A DNA stretch of 64,000 bases from an uncultured Verrucomicrobiae bacterium (lineage in GTDB: Bacteria; Verrucomicrobiota; Verrucomicrobiia; Chthoniobacterales; UBA10450). This document shows, in pieces, positions 38,244 through 49,139 of the stretch (position 1 is the stretch's first letter; each line of letters begins with the position of its first letter). The stretch is taken from positions 1,184,001 through 1,248,000 of the forward strand of contig CAVYXA010000001.1 in the NCBI GenBank assembly GCA_963772365.1, read 5' to 3'. The position numbers and the translations under genes were made by a program. The notes beneath the pieces are model-generated. The model was not told where the DNA came from, did no database searches, and saw nothing but the letters and a program-made list of their open reading frames with translations.

Positions 38244-39617
38244 ATGAGTAACAGGATTCGAATCGGCATGATCAGCCTGGGCTGCGCCAAGAACCTGGTG
38301 GATGCCGAGATCATGCTCGGGAGCGTTTTACAGCGTGGAATGGAAATCACGTCGGATGCAGATGAAGCCGATGTGCTGGTGGTGAATACCTGCGCGTTTA
38401 TCGATTCCGCCAAAGAGGAATCGATCGAAGCGATCCTGACCGCGCATCAGGAGCGCGGCTTGAACAAACGGCCGAATCAAAAACTGATTGTGAGCGGGTG
38501 TATGTCTCAGCGCTTTGCCAGCGAGCTGCGAAACGAAATGCCGGAGGTGGATGCGTTTATCGGGTTGGATCAGGTCAGTCAGCTTGGTGAAATTGTGGAG
38601 GACTTGGTTTCACATAACTCACAGAATTCCTATGCGAGACGTGAGCCGTTCACCCAGACGCGACCGACTTACATTCCTGATTACGACACGCCCCGGTTTC
38701 GACTTACTCCCGCGCATACTGCTTATCTGAAGATCGCTGAGGGCTGCAATCATCCATGTAGTTTTTGTGTGATCCCGCAGATGCGCGGCAAACACCGCAG
38801 CCGCACCATGGATTCTGTGCTGGCGGAAATGCGCGGTCTTGTTAGGGAAGGTGTGCGTGAGATTAATTTGATCAGCCAGGATACGACTTATTACGGAATG
38901 GATTTGTGGACGGAAAAGGCCGGGCCGCGCCAACCGGTCGATTCCTCACGCGGCCCAACTCTCACCGCGCTTCTGCGCGAGATCCAAAAGATCGACGGCG
39001 AATTCTGGGTCCGCCTTCTTTACACGCATCCCGCGCATTGGAGTGATGAATTGATCGAAACGATCCGGCAGCTGCCGGACAAAGTCGCGCGTTACATCGA
39101 CATCCCATTGCAACATATTGATGAATCGATGTTACACCGCATGCGTCGCGAGACATCGCGCGCTCACATCGAGCGCTTGATCGAGAAACTGCGGGCCGGA
39201 ATTCCCGGCGTCGCGCTCCGAACAACATTCATCGTCGGTTTTCCCGGAGAAACCGAAGCAGAATTCGAGACCTTACTGGAATTCATTGAGCGTGCCAGGT
39301 TCGAACGGCTCGGCATCTTCAAGTATTCGCAGGAGGAAGGCTCGCGCGCGGCCAAAATGCCCGGCCAAATTCCCGCAAAAATCAAGAACGCGCGCTACCG
39401 CAAAGCGATGTCACTCCAGCAAGAGATCGCGCACGAACTTGCGCGCGAGAAAATCGGACGCGAATTGAAGTTGCTCGTCGATCAACCGCACATTGCCCGC
39501 ACAGAAGCGGATGCACCCGATGTCGATGCTCGCGTGATCTTGTCCAGGTCCGCCCCGGTAGGTGAATTCATTACGCGAAAAATCACGGGCAGCCGCGGCT
39601 ACGATTTGTTGGCATAA
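38244..39617 (+). CDS. rimO: Ribosomal protein S12 methylthiotransferase
   Basis: SLGCAKNLVD, NTCAFI and EGCNHPCSFC motifs. Confidence 0.95.
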   Translation: MSNRIRIGMISLGCAKNLVDAEIMLGSVLQRGMEITSDADEADVLVVNTCAFIDSAKEESIEAILTAHQERGLNKRPNQKLIVSGCMSQRFASELRNEMPEVDAFIGLDQVSQLGEIVEDLVSHNSQNSYARREPFTQTRPTYIPDYDTPRFRLTPAHTAYLKIAEGCNHPCSFCVIPQMRGKHRSRTMDSVLAEMRGLVREGVREINLISQDTTYYGMDLWTEKAGPRQPVDSSRGPTLTALLREIQKIDGEFWVRLLYTHPAHWSDELIETIRQLPDKVARYIDIPLQHIDESMLHRMRRETSRAHIERLIEKLRAGIPGVALRTTFIVGFPGETEAEFETLLEFIERARFERLGIFKYSQEEGSRAAKMPGQIPAKIKNARYRKAMSLQQEIAHELAREKIGRELKLLVDQPHIARTEADAPDVDARVILSRSAPVGEFITRKITGSRGYDLLA

Positions 39618-39635
39618 ACTCTCCGCGTCTTCTGC

Positions 39636-41621
39636 TCAATTCGGCGGAAGGAGGTAAGCGGAAAAGAGCTGTCTTCCGCCTCGACTATTCACTACGCGAG
39701 TTGTGCCGCCGGGATAACGGGATTGAATCGCCGTTAAATATTCTTCGCTGCCCGGAAAGAAGATGAAGGCGATACCTTTGCCCGATTCTACGCGTGGCAA
39801 TTGATCCTCGGTGGGCTGGGCGACGTTCGCATAATCTTCTGTGCCCGAAAGAAACTTCGTCATCCCGGAATCGTAAGCCACAGTGCGGTTCGCTATCGAC
39901 CTCACCGAGTAGTTATGGCCGAGTGAGCCGAGGAAACGGCTCAGTGCCACTTGAATTTCGTACCCTTCTTGCGCCGATCTGTAGCGAGAATCGACGATTA
40001 GATTGGGATTCGCGTAATAATCTTTGAAGTAGAATCGAACGTTCAGCGCGCAAAGCCCCATCAGAACAATAGCGAGCGTGGCCGGCGCTATCATTTTCCA
40101 TCTCAGTGACAACTCCTTGCTCAACAGATCTGTCGATGCTCCAAGCGCTATCGCGACCGCCGCATAGAACGCGGGGAAAGCGCCAGTCAAATGATTGAGG
40201 AACGGCGCGCCCGCAACCAGCGTTCCGCCGACGATGATCACGCCCAAACCGCTCAAGATCATCAGAAACGCCGCGGGATGTTTCCAATCGCGCATCAACA
40301 ATCCCGCGCCCAGAATGAGTAGCGCAGCTTCGATGGGTAACAGGAAAGGCGCAAAGTAGATGATATCCTGTGATGGAATCGTGGTTAGGCCGAGCAGACT
40401 TCGCACGAAGTTGGGCCAGAGCACCGAACACATCCGGCTGAAGTCAGAGGGAGTATCCGGCCAATGATCCCAGGCCAGAACGCTGGTTCCATGGTGAAAA
40501 TAGAGACCCGGATGCACTAGAAAATGCGCCAGCAACGGACCAAAACCAATCAGATAGCCCACACCGACCAAACCCCAGCCCATCGCAAACCTGCGAATCT
40601 TTTGGCGGTGGAAGATCGACAAATACGCGAGGAAAACCAGCAGAAGAAAAGGCAACAAGCGCGTGGCGTAGAATCCATATTCGCTGACGCCAGCCGACAT
40701 TCCGGCCAGCCCCCAATCCGTGGGTCGGGAGAAGAAAAGCGCGCGCATTAGAAAGAAGAAACAGAGCGTCCAAAAAAACGGCGTCAGAATGTTGTTGATG
40801 CCGAGCCGGCTGTAGTGAACGTCGGCCGCGCTGAACGCCATGATTGCTGCGCCCGCGATCGCCACATTCCGCCCCCACGCCGTTCGAAGGAATCCATAAA
40901 ACGGCAGCACGGTGGCAGCGCCGAAAAGTGCCGACGGCAAACGCACTGCAGCCAGGGTCGTCCCAAAGATTTTGAGTGAGATGGAAACGAGAAAGAACCA
41001 GAGGCCGGGCAAATCGATATCACCCCAAACCGTGCTGAAGATCGACGGCGGCAACCCACCGCTGAGATAGGATGCGCTACTGATTTGTCCCGCGGTGATT
41101 TCATCTGGATAGATGTTGTTAGGAAATTCAGCCAATTTCCAAAGTCTCAGAACAAAACCGACCAGCATAATCCCGGCGAGTGCAGCTATTTCCCAGTTCG
41201 GCCAATTATGTGCAGGCTTTTGCTGTGATGCCACAGAGCGGGGAAGACGCAGAAAAGCCAATGAAGTCGCAAACAGACCGATGCTGAGGAGCCACAGCCA
41301 GCCCGCTGCACCGAAGGTTGCATGCGGTTGAGCGAGATAGGCCAAATCGGCGGCCAGTCCAGATAGCAACGATGCAAACAGCCCGATCCACGTTGCTTTA
41401 GTGAAATATCGAGCAGGTAAGAGCGCAGCCGGTTCTGCGAACTCACGCGGATGCCAGGATCGACAAGCGAAAAGGATTAAGACTGCTGCAACCGCGGCAA
41501 CCATCAGACCAAAAATCCGCCATACTTCTACGCGCAAAAGAAAAACGCTGATGAACGCAAGTATCCACGCAGGGATTGCGAGGCTTGCTTCGAAAAAGCT
41601 GTGTCGCTGGTCTCCGGCCAT
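39636..41621 (-). CDS. ArnT/PMT-like (GT-C) membrane glycosyltransferase
   Basis: LRLW.L......DE, RLPSALFG and HYSR motifs; many TM segments. Confidence 0.75.
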   Translation of the reverse strand: MAGDQRHSFFEASLAIPAWILAFISVFLLRVEVWRIFGLMVAAVAAVLILFACRSWHPREFAEPAALLPARYFTKATWIGLFASLLSGLAADLAYLAQPHATFGAAGWLWLLSIGLFATSLAFLRLPRSVASQQKPAHNWPNWEIAALAGIMLVGFVLRLWKLAEFPNNIYPDEITAGQISSASYLSGGLPPSIFSTVWGDIDLPGLWFFLVSISLKIFGTTLAAVRLPSALFGAATVLPFYGFLRTAWGRNVAIAGAAIMAFSAADVHYSRLGINNILTPFFWTLCFFFLMRALFFSRPTDWGLAGMSAGVSEYGFYATRLLPFLLLVFLAYLSIFHRQKIRRFAMGWGLVGVGYLIGFGPLLAHFLVHPGLYFHHGTSVLAWDHWPDTPSDFSRMCSVLWPNFVRSLLGLTTIPSQDIIYFAPFLLPIEAALLILGAGLLMRDWKHPAAFLMILSGLGVIIVGGTLVAGAPFLNHLTGAFPAFYAAVAIALGASTDLLSKELSLRWKMIAPATLAIVLMGLCALNVRFYFKDYYANPNLIVDSRYRSAQEGYEIQVALSRFLGSLGHNYSVRSIANRTVAYDSGMTKFLSGTEDYANVAQPTEDQLPRVESGKGIAFIFFPGSEEYLTAIQSRYPGGTTRVVNSRGGRQLFSAYLLPPN

Positions 41622-41705
41622 CGATTTCGAATTGTGCAGCGAAATCCGCTTGTCGTCCTAAATCTATCAGATTACGGGCAATCTCCGTCGTAAAGTCCAG
41701 TTTGA

Positions 41706-42236
41706 GTGGTGACAAGTCGACGGTTTTTGATCAATCTGGTTTCGATCAATTCGCCGCCCTTTAGGCCCGACGCAAACCAATTGAGAAAAGGAACTGTTCA
41801 GATGGCACTGCCACCCAAGCTCGAGCCGCCCGTCGGAAACGCCGAATCGCCTGAGACCGCAGACATTCTTTTGTCGAGACGACCATCGCCGGACCAACGT
41901 TCGATCCCGTCGGAAGCCTCCTCTGTTGCCGCTGCGATCGCGAAAGCTGATTCGAGTTCGCAGACTGTTGCCGGCGCATCCAACAACGAAAATGCCGCTA
42001 TCGGCTCTCTGCGCGATTTGCCGAAGCCGCCCAAGGTGCAATTGAAAAAGACCCAGCCGCTCAGCCGAATGCCGGCTTCGATCCCGGCCAGCGTGCCGCT
42101 CAAGATGGCGCCCGCGATTAGGGTGGAACCGGAGCCAGAGAGGAATGTCGATCGAATCCCGACCGGCCTCTGCTGGGGAGTGCTGATTTTATCAGCTGGG
42201 ATTTTGATTATTCAGATTTGGACTTATCTTTTCTGA
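41706..42236 (+). CDS. Hypothetical Pro-rich protein with a C-terminal TM helix (start uncertain)
   Basis: Ends 3 bp before trxA; hydrophobic C-terminus. Confidence 0.55.
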   Translation: MVTSRRFLINLVSINSPPFRPDANQLRKGTVQMALPPKLEPPVGNAESPETADILLSRRPSPDQRSIPSEASSVAAAIAKADSSSQTVAGASNNENAAIGSLRDLPKPPKVQLKKTQPLSRMPASIPASVPLKMAPAIRVEPEPERNVDRIPTGLCWGVLILSAGILIIQIWTYLF

Positions 42237-42239
42237 GTT

Positions 42240-42569
42240 ATGGAAAATTCAGCCACCCTCAAACTCGATGAGTCCAACTTTGACCGTGAAGTAATGCAAA
42301 GCGACAAGCCGGTGATTGTCGATTTTTGGGCCGAATGGTGCGGTCCGTGCAAAATGATCGCCCCGGTGCTGGATGAGATCGCCCGTGAAAAAGGCGATTC
42401 ACTGAAAGTGGCAAAGGTGAACGTCGATGATAATCAAAGTCTCTCTTCCAAGTACAACATCCGCGCGATCCCATCGCTCCTCTTCTTCAAAGACGGCCAG
42501 GTCCGCGATCAAGTCACCGGTGTGACCAGCAAGAAAGATTTGCTGAACCGGATCGAATCCCTGGGCTGA
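42240..42569 (+). CDS. trxA: Thioredoxin
   Basis: WCGPC motif. Confidence 0.95.
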   Translation: MENSATLKLDESNFDREVMQSDKPVIVDFWAEWCGPCKMIAPVLDEIAREKGDSLKVAKVNVDDNQSLSSKYNIRAIPSLLFFKDGQVRDQVTGVTSKKDLLNRIESLG

Positions 42570-42578
42570 ATCCGATGG

Positions 42579-43874
42579 CTACGCCGGCTGCAATCCCGCG
42601 ATGGGCGGGTCCCACTTTGTGGACGGATCCAAATCCGGCGGCCGGTGGCCCCACACATCGCCATATTGTTGACCCTTGATATGACTGATCGTGAGCCGTT
42701 GCACGAGATTCATGTTCGGTAACGCGGAATGAAAGCCGCTTTTTTCTAAAAGTTTGTCTTTGAATTCCCAGAAGCCGAAATCTTTGGGAGCAACGCAAAC
42801 AATTTCTTCGATGGGAATAAAGTTCGCCTGGGCTCCGAGATAAGGCACGGTGTTATCACCGGTGACAACGTCACTGGCCGGAGTTCCCTTGTGCCACTCG
42901 TTGCGAGCTGCTCCGAGTTCAAACCATGGCTTGCCGCTATCGCTGGTGATTCGCATCGAAACCCGTGTGTCTTCATCGACACCCACGATTGAAAGCCACA
43001 TCTTGGAATCGGAGAGCGCCAGTTTTTCGATCCGCGTGCGATGTTTCCAGGCGGCGTCCAGCATCGATTCGAGCAATTCGATCGCCCTATCCTGCGGCGT
43101 TCCATCGCCCAATCCGTACATGCGAATGAATGAAGCGAGGGTCTGAATCACACTCGGTTGCCATGCTTTGGGCAAAAACAGATCGTCGGATAGTCCAGCC
43201 TCGGCTGTGACCGCGCCTTTGTACGAAGGTAGAAGATGATACAGGGCCGGGGTGACTCTGGCCGCTTCTCTCTCGCGAGAACTCCCCGGTGCTTCTCCCA
43301 ATGCGCCAACGCCGGTGGTCACCTTGGCTACAGCTTCGAGCGAACCACGGAACGGCGACGCGATCGTGACCACTTTCTCCACTTTGGCTTCGCCACATTT
43401 TTGGATATAGCCCGCGACGATCAGGCCACCCATTGAATGCGCCACCAGGTTGACCTTTCCCGGGAAATCCTTCGTGCCATAGCCGGCCTTGTTGTAGTGA
43501 CGGAGCAGTTTTGTCCGATCGATCACTTCATCGATGAACTCCGACAATTCATCTTCCATCAGCGCCAACGGCTGACGCCAATCGTAAGCGAACGGATAAA
43601 CCGGCACCGGCCGGTCGGCCTGCGGCGTTAGATTATGACGCATTTCTTCAATAATCTCGCCATAGACAAGCACGAACACTTGATCCGCGTTCACGCGCGC
43701 CGGCTCGATTAGCTCATAGCGAACATCCGAGGGATGCAACGTGATCCGCTCGTACGATTTGATCAGAAGTTTCAGAGGCGACCAGACCGTCTCTGGATCA
43801 ACCGGATATTGATCTCTCAACACGCTCCCCATGATCCCAGGAACAAAAATGACTGGAGCGGGCAAGCGGGCCAT
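42579..43874 (-). CDS. LCAT/PGAP1-like lipase/acyltransferase
   Basis: VPGIMGS, YDWR, AHSMGG and GDNTVP motifs. Confidence 0.82.
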   Translation of the reverse strand: MARLPAPVIFVPGIMGSVLRDQYPVDPETVWSPLKLLIKSYERITLHPSDVRYELIEPARVNADQVFVLVYGEIIEEMRHNLTPQADRPVPVYPFAYDWRQPLALMEDELSEFIDEVIDRTKLLRHYNKAGYGTKDFPGKVNLVAHSMGGLIVAGYIQKCGEAKVEKVVTIASPFRGSLEAVAKVTTGVGALGEAPGSSREREAARVTPALYHLLPSYKGAVTAEAGLSDDLFLPKAWQPSVIQTLASFIRMYGLGDGTPQDRAIELLESMLDAAWKHRTRIEKLALSDSKMWLSIVGVDEDTRVSMRITSDSGKPWFELGAARNEWHKGTPASDVVTGDNTVPYLGAQANFIPIEEIVCVAPKDFGFWEFKDKLLEKSGFHSALPNMNLVQRLTISHIKGQQYGDVWGHRPPDLDPSTKWDPPIAGLQPA

Positions 43875-43975
43875 GATCTGGTTTTGTTTTATTAACGATG
43901 CTCAGCCAAGCCAAGCTCAAAAATCGAATGGTCTATCGAATGAATCGCTTCAGTCTCTGCAACCCTCGCGAAGCC

Positions 43976-44049
<74 letters not shown>

Positions 44050-44239
44050 GATGAGTCCCGAAGATAGCCCAATTTAATTATTTCGCGATTTGGTGATTCG
44101 ATGATTTGTGAATGATTGCAGCATCGCGACAGTCGATTCGCTAGATCTCTCAATCGTTATATCGCTAAATTGCGCGCCGCCGAGTTGCAATCTGCGCGAG
44201 TCTGTTGCAGACTCTCCGCCCCACGAACGGAGGCCTATC

Positions 44240-44578
44240 ATGAATCGCATCATCGACAGCATTGAAAAGGAACAGCAAAAGGATGGCGCGAAATTTTCCG
44301 TGGGCGACAGCGTGAATGTGCACACCCGCGTAGTCGAAGGCGATAAGGAGCGGATTCAGATTTTTTCCGGGATCGTCATCGGCCGCAAAGGCCGCGGTCT
44401 GAACGAAACATTCACCGTCCGTCGAATCTCCTACGGGGAAGGCGTCGAGCGGGTTTTCCCCCTGCATTCGCCACGGATCGCCAAAGTAGAAGTCGAAAAG
44501 CAAGGCCGAGCCCGTCGAGCGAAGTTGAATTACCTCCGCACCCGCAAAGGCAAGGAAGCGACCACCGTTCGCGAGTAG
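44240..44578 (+). CDS. rplS: 50S ribosomal protein L19
   Basis: [24 protein letters not shown] and RAKL.YLR. Confidence 0.96.
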   Translation: MNRIIDSIEKEQQKDGAKFSVGDSVNVHTRVVEGDKERIQIFSGIVIGRKGRGLNETFTVRRISYGEGVERVFPLHSPRIAKVEVEKQGRARRAKLNYLRTRKGKEATTVRE

Positions 44579-44669
44579 CTTCGCGAACGAAAAGCTGAAA
44601 AACTGAAACGGTGACACGCTGAAATTATTTCAGCTTTTCAGTTTTCGGCGTTTCAGTATTTTCCCAGCG

Positions 44670-45371
44670 ATGTATCGTCGCTGCGGGTTCCGGCATGAAA
44701 AGAAATTGCGTCGCATTCTCGGAGTAGTTCGCATCGCCGGGATTGACGAAGCTGGGCGAGGCGCTCTGGCTGGACCTGTGGTTGCCGCAGCAGTCGTTCT
44801 TCCGGAAAAATTCAAGCACCGGCGCCTGAACGATTCCAAACAACTGGCGCCGGATTTGCGCGAAGAAATTTTTGTCGATCTTACCAGCGAGGCCGAGATC
44901 GCCTGGGGCGTAGGAATTGTCGACCATCTCGAAATTGACCGGATCAATATCTTGCGGGCGAGCCATCGGGCAATGCGGATCGCGATTGACGGTTTGGCGA
45001 TACCGCCCGATCACGTGTTGATCGACGGCCTGCCGGTCGTCCCTTTTCCGCTTCCGCAAACTGCGATCGTCGACGGCGATTGCCTGAGCCTAAGCATTGC
45101 GGCGGCTAGTGTGATTGCGAAGGTCATACGCGACCGGATGATGCGTGACTTTTGCGCGCAATTTCCCGAATATTGTTTCAGCCAACACAAAGGTTACGGC
45201 ACAGAGCTGCACTTGTTGAAACTTCATGAACTTGGGCCTTGTCCAATCCATCGCCGATCTTTCGAACCGGTGGCGCAACCGCTTCTCGCTCTCGAAGGAC
45301 TTGTCGAAACCGCAGCATCTCCGACGCGGCGTGCGCGGCGAAAGATTGGCGTGCCGGCATTTGAGGCGTAA
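44670..45371 (+). CDS. rnhB: Ribonuclease HII
   Basis: [11 protein letters not shown] and [11 protein letters not shown] motifs. Confidence 0.95.
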   Translation: MYRRCGFRHEKKLRRILGVVRIAGIDEAGRGALAGPVVAAAVVLPEKFKHRRLNDSKQLAPDLREEIFVDLTSEAEIAWGVGIVDHLEIDRINILRASHRAMRIAIDGLAIPPDHVLIDGLPVVPFPLPQTAIVDGDCLSLSIAAASVIAKVIRDRMMRDFCAQFPEYCFSQHKGYGTELHLLKLHELGPCPIHRRSFEPVAQPLLALEGLVETAASPTRRARRKIGVPAFEA

Positions 45372-45690
45372 CGGTTACAAAATTCTTTTTCGCAATTTTC
45401 GCGGTCACAGCGGTGGTGAGATCGACATTGTTTGCCGAGACAGAGACACGCTGGTCTTCGTAGAAGTCAAAACGCGCACCCGGGAGGATTACGGGCGGCC
45501 TTTCGAAGCCGTCAACCGGCAGAAACAAAAGCTCATTTCACGTGGAGGGCTCGCCTGGCTGCGCATGCTGGATGATCCGGATATTCTATTCCGATTCGAT
45601 ATCGTGGAAGTAATTTTGACCGAGAACGCAAAACCGCAAATTGAGATCATCAAGAACGCTTTCGGGCTTCCCGCGCCGTATCTTTATTAG
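45226..45690 (+). CDS. YraN family nuclease (start uncertain)
   Basis: GEIDIV, FVEVKTR and RFDIV motifs. Confidence 0.88.
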   Translation: MNLGLVQSIADLSNRWRNRFSLSKDLSKPQHLRRGVRGERLACRHLRRNGYKILFRNFRGHSGGEIDIVCRDRDTLVFVEVKTRTREDYGRPFEAVNRQKQKLISRGGLAWLRMLDDPDILFRFDIVEVILTENAKPQIEIIKNAFGLPAPYLY

Positions 45691-46850
45691 GCAGTCGACT
45701 GTTTCCTGTTCGCGAAAATAAGAATCGGCAGCGAGGCCAGCTGAAGCAGTATTGATAGTAAGACTACGGCCAGGATCGATCGATCATAGAGAAAACCCAT
45801 TGCTGCGCTCCCCAGAAACCAGGCGAAACCGTAGCCTGTGTCGAACAATCCAAAAGCTGTGCTTCGCTTTTGCGACGGGATGACATGCGTGAGCATTGCT
45901 TGAAAGAGTGAGCCCTGAGCACTCATCCCGATTCCCCACAGAATCATTCCGACGAGCGCGAGAATCGATGATCCCAGAAACAAAAAAGGCGCTGCAGCGG
46001 CGGAAAGGAGGAAAGCGCCCAGCGAGACGTTCGGGCCAAAGCGATCGAACAAAAGGCCTAATGGGATAGAAACGAGCGCGCTGCTGGCCATGGCAACTGC
46101 GTAGTAAACCGGAATCAGGTTGGAAGATACGGTGTGTGCCTTGTGAAAGTGAAACCCGATCAGCGCGAAATCGGCGAAGCCGGCGGCAATGAGGACACCC
46201 GCCGCCAGATAGAGCCAGTAGCGCCGCCGAAAATCGACATGTCCAAAAGCGCGTTCTGCGCCTTCCTCTAATTCGTGAGGGCGCGGATGAAGAACGCGCG
46301 CGGCAATCAGGGTGACAACGGCCAGAAGCGCGGGTATGAGCAATACGCCAAATCCGAAACGAAAGCCTCGATGAAGATACAAAACCAGCGCCATCAGGAG
46401 CGGACCGACGGTCGCACCGGCTTGATCGAGCGCCTCGTTCAAACCAAATACCCAGCCTGCCCCGATCGATTTTCCAGCGTGCGATAGCATCGCTTCCATG
46501 TTCGGTTTACGAATTCCCCTGCCCGTCCGTTCCGCGATCACCAGTGCTGCAGCCAATGGCCATTGACCAGCGAATGCCAACGCCGGAACAGCCAGCATGT
46601 TCACGATGTACCCGGCGATCGCAAACGCCCAATAACGTTGGGTCCGATCCGCGTAATAACCCGAAACCGAGCGCAACCCATAACCCATCAACTCGCCCAA
46701 ACCCGCAATACTTCCGACCACTGCGGCGCTTGCGCCTAACGATCCGAGAAATGGCCCGATGATCCCGCGCGCGCCTTCATAAGTGAAATCGGCAAAGAAA
46801 TTAACGATGCCGATTGTGAGAACAAAGCGAAACGCGGCGTTGTGTTTCAT
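45687..46850 (-). CDS. MFS transporter
   Basis: About 12 TM segments; SGYYADR and ERTGRGIR. Confidence 0.88.
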   Translation of the reverse strand: MKHNAAFRFVLTIGIVNFFADFTYEGARGIIGPFLGSLGASAAVVGSIAGLGELMGYGLRSVSGYYADRTQRYWAFAIAGYIVNMLAVPALAFAGQWPLAAALVIAERTGRGIRKPNMEAMLSHAGKSIGAGWVFGLNEALDQAGATVGPLLMALVLYLHRGFRFGFGVLLIPALLAVVTLIAARVLHPRPHELEEGAERAFGHVDFRRRYWLYLAAGVLIAAGFADFALIGFHFHKAHTVSSNLIPVYYAVAMASSALVSIPLGLLFDRFGPNVSLGAFLLSAAAAPFLFLGSSILALVGMILWGIGMSAQGSLFQAMLTHVIPSQKRSTAFGLFDTGYGFAWFLGSAAMGFLYDRSILAVVLLSILLQLASLPILIFANRKQSTA

Positions 46851-46892
46851 CCTGAAATGGTAGGGCGCGACCGCCGGGCGCGCCTTATCGAA

Positions 46893-47318
46893 TCAGAATT
46901 GCGGCGGCTCGTCCGCAGGTCCTGGTGCTTCTTCGCCGCCGCCGCGAAATTCGTGGCGCGCTCCGGAGAAATTCCCAATGTGCGTCAGCGCCCCGTCCCA
47001 ATAAACGTAACCGCGCAGTTTGCTCGGATCCCGTTTATCGACATAAATTCCGCCTTTGTGACCCCGCGATCCTATGGCGGTGTGCTCAACAACTGGCTGA
47101 GGAGCAGCGTAGTAATATCCCGCGTCATCTGTCGCCTGCAGAAAATACGTTCCTGTTGGAAAATGCAGCGTGGCTACGTGCACGGAACGTTCGAGCTCCA
47201 GGTATTTTGGGACCGCCGGCGGCCCTTCAGCTGGAATCGGGTGATAATCGCGGCTGCCAGCGCAACCCGCGAGCGTGAGAAGGCCAATAATGATTACGGC
47301 GCGACAAGTAACTTGCAT
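46893..47318 (-). CDS. Lipoprotein
   Basis: LAGC lipobox. Confidence 0.7.
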   Translation of the reverse strand: MQVTCRAVIIIGLLTLAGCAGSRDYHPIPAEGPPAVPKYLELERSVHVATLHFPTGTYFLQATDDAGYYYAAPQPVVEHTAIGSRGHKGGIYVDKRDPSKLRGYVYWDGALTHIGNFSGARHEFRGGGEEAPGPADEPPQF

Positions 47319-47369
47319 CTTGCTCCGATGCTCAATGGAAAATCGAAGATCGACAATCGGAAAATGATC

Positions 47370-47441
47370 TGGGCGGTGAGGGTTTCGAACCCCCGACCTC
47401 CTCGGTGTAAACGAGATGCTCTACCGCTGAGCTAACCGCCC
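47370..47441 (-). tRNA. tRNA-Val(TAC)
   Basis: GGGCGGTTAGCTCAG..., anticodon loop TTTACAC, GTTCGAA. Confidence 0.95.
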
Positions 47442-47533
47442 CTCGAGCTGGATGATAAATGACGAGTGCCGGGTGTTGAGTCAAACCGTTTCCAATTGCT
47501 CATTCTTGCGCAATCGGTCTCAATGCAATCTGA

Positions 47534-47977
47534 ATGAAAAGACATTACTTTGATGACTGCAAACGCGGTAAGCGTTTTCGCTCCACGACATTTCGAGTAA
47601 CAAAAAAGCAGATCATTGAGTTTGCTCGCCAGTTTGATCCGCAGCTGTTTCATCTCGATCCAAAGAAAGCGAAAGAGACAATGTTCGAAGGGCTCACCGC
47701 CAGTGGCTGGCACACGGCCGCGATCTCGATGCGTCTGTTTGTTCAGACGTTGAATTTTGCCGACGGCGCGATTGGGCTGGGCGTTGATGAATTGCGCTGG
47801 CCAAATCCCGTCCGGCCGAATGACGCACTCCGCGTCGAAACGGAAATCGTGTCAGTCCGTCCATCAAGATCCAAACCCGGCTACGGAATTATTCGAATAT
47901 CCAACGTCACGACGAATCAGCGGGGCGAAGTTGTGCAGACCATGTCCGCCGCGGCGATGCTCAGAAAACGAAAGTAG
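47534..47977 (+). CDS. MaoC family dehydratase
   Basis: FDPQ.FH.D, ASGWHT and PVRP.D motifs. Confidence 0.88.
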   Translation: MKRHYFDDCKRGKRFRSTTFRVTKKQIIEFARQFDPQLFHLDPKKAKETMFEGLTASGWHTAAISMRLFVQTLNFADGAIGLGVDELRWPNPVRPNDALRVETEIVSVRPSRSKPGYGIIRISNVTTNQRGEVVQTMSAAAMLRKRK

Positions 47978-47988
47978 TCGAGAGCCGG

Positions 47989-48984
47989 TTATTTTGGCTC
48001 TGCCGCCACTCTCAGCACAATCTTGCCGCGTGTGTGATGAGTAGCGATCTGCTGCTGAGCTTTGGCGGCGTCAGCCAGTGGGAAGGTTTGCGTGACGAAC
48101 ACTTTGATCTTTTTCTCGTCGATCATGTTTCCGATCTCTGCCAACTCGGTCGAGTTCGGTTCCACGGAAATGGACGCCCCGCGAATACCGTTTTGATCCA
48201 GTTCGCTCTGGTCTAATCTCGAAACAATGGTCGCGATGAATCCGCCCTTTTTTACTACCGCGTAGGATCGCTTGAGCGTGTCACGGCCGACAGTATCGAG
48301 GACAACATCGACATTTTTCGCCGCGTCTTCGAATTTCTGCTTGGTGTAATCGATCGCGACGTCTGCGCCTAACTGCTTCAAGAAATTCTGGTTCGTTGTC
48401 GAAGCGGTCGCGATCACTTTGGCTCCGCGCGCCTTTGCCATTTGCACGGCAAAACTCCCGACGCCGCCAGAACCGCCGTGAATCAGCACCGTCTGACTCG
48501 CCTGTAATTTTGCGGCATCGAACAAAGCCTGCCACGCCGTCAATGCGACTACCGGCACTGCTGCCGCATCTATAAAAGAGATCGATTTCGGCTTAACAGC
48601 AGCTTCGCGTTCCGTGGCTGTGACGTATTCGGCATAACCGCCACCTTCAGGAATATCGAGATACGCATAAACTGCGTCGCCCGGTTTGAACTTCGTGATC
48701 TTTGCGCCTGTCTTTTCCACCACCCCGGCGACATCGTAACCGGGAATGAGAGGAAGGTGACCATCGTATCTTCCGGATCGAATCGAGACGTCCACCGGAT
48801 TCACGCCGGCCGCAATGACTTTGATCAGGATTTCATTTTCCTTTGGCTCCGGCCGCGAGACCTCTTCCGACTTCAATACTTCCGGTCCGCCAAACTCATG
48901 CGCGACGATCGCTTTCATGTTTTCGGCGCAAGCCCAGCGCACCGAGACGAGTGCGAAGACAGCGAACAGACCGATTGTTTTCAT
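47989..48984 (-). CDS. NADP-dependent oxidoreductase (MDR/quinone reductase family)
   Basis: GVNPVD, GGSGGVG and RGKIVL motifs. Confidence 0.88.
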   Translation of the reverse strand: MKTIGLFAVFALVSVRWACAENMKAIVAHEFGGPEVLKSEEVSRPEPKENEILIKVIAAGVNPVDVSIRSGRYDGHLPLIPGYDVAGVVEKTGAKITKFKPGDAVYAYLDIPEGGGYAEYVTATEREAAVKPKSISFIDAAAVPVVALTAWQALFDAAKLQASQTVLIHGGSGGVGSFAVQMAKARGAKVIATASTTNQNFLKQLGADVAIDYTKQKFEDAAKNVDVVLDTVGRDTLKRSYAVVKKGGFIATIVSRLDQSELDQNGIRGASISVEPNSTELAEIGNMIDEKKIKVFVTQTFPLADAAKAQQQIATHHTRGKIVLRVAAEPK

Positions 48985-49031
48985 ATCTTCTCCGGGGTAG
49001 AAGCAATCTAGCTAACTTATAATCTAAAGGC

Positions 49032-49129
49032 TGTCATCCTGAGCGAAGCGAAGGATCTCTCGCCATCGTCTTCCGGGCGCGCAATCGAAGCAGAATGATT
49101 TGAGATCCTTCGCTGCGCTCCGGATGACA
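49032..49129. repeat. TGTCAT...ATGACA palindromic element, family B
   Basis: TGTCATCCTGAGCGAAGCGAAGGATCTC...GAGATCCTTCGCTGCGCTCCGGATGACA. Confidence 0.85.
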
Positions 49130-49139
49130 AAGCCTTATT

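Noticed and set aside
45226..45371. 146-bp rnhB/yraN overlap as dual coding
   Set aside because: Only non-conserved termini overlap and the yraN start is uncertain
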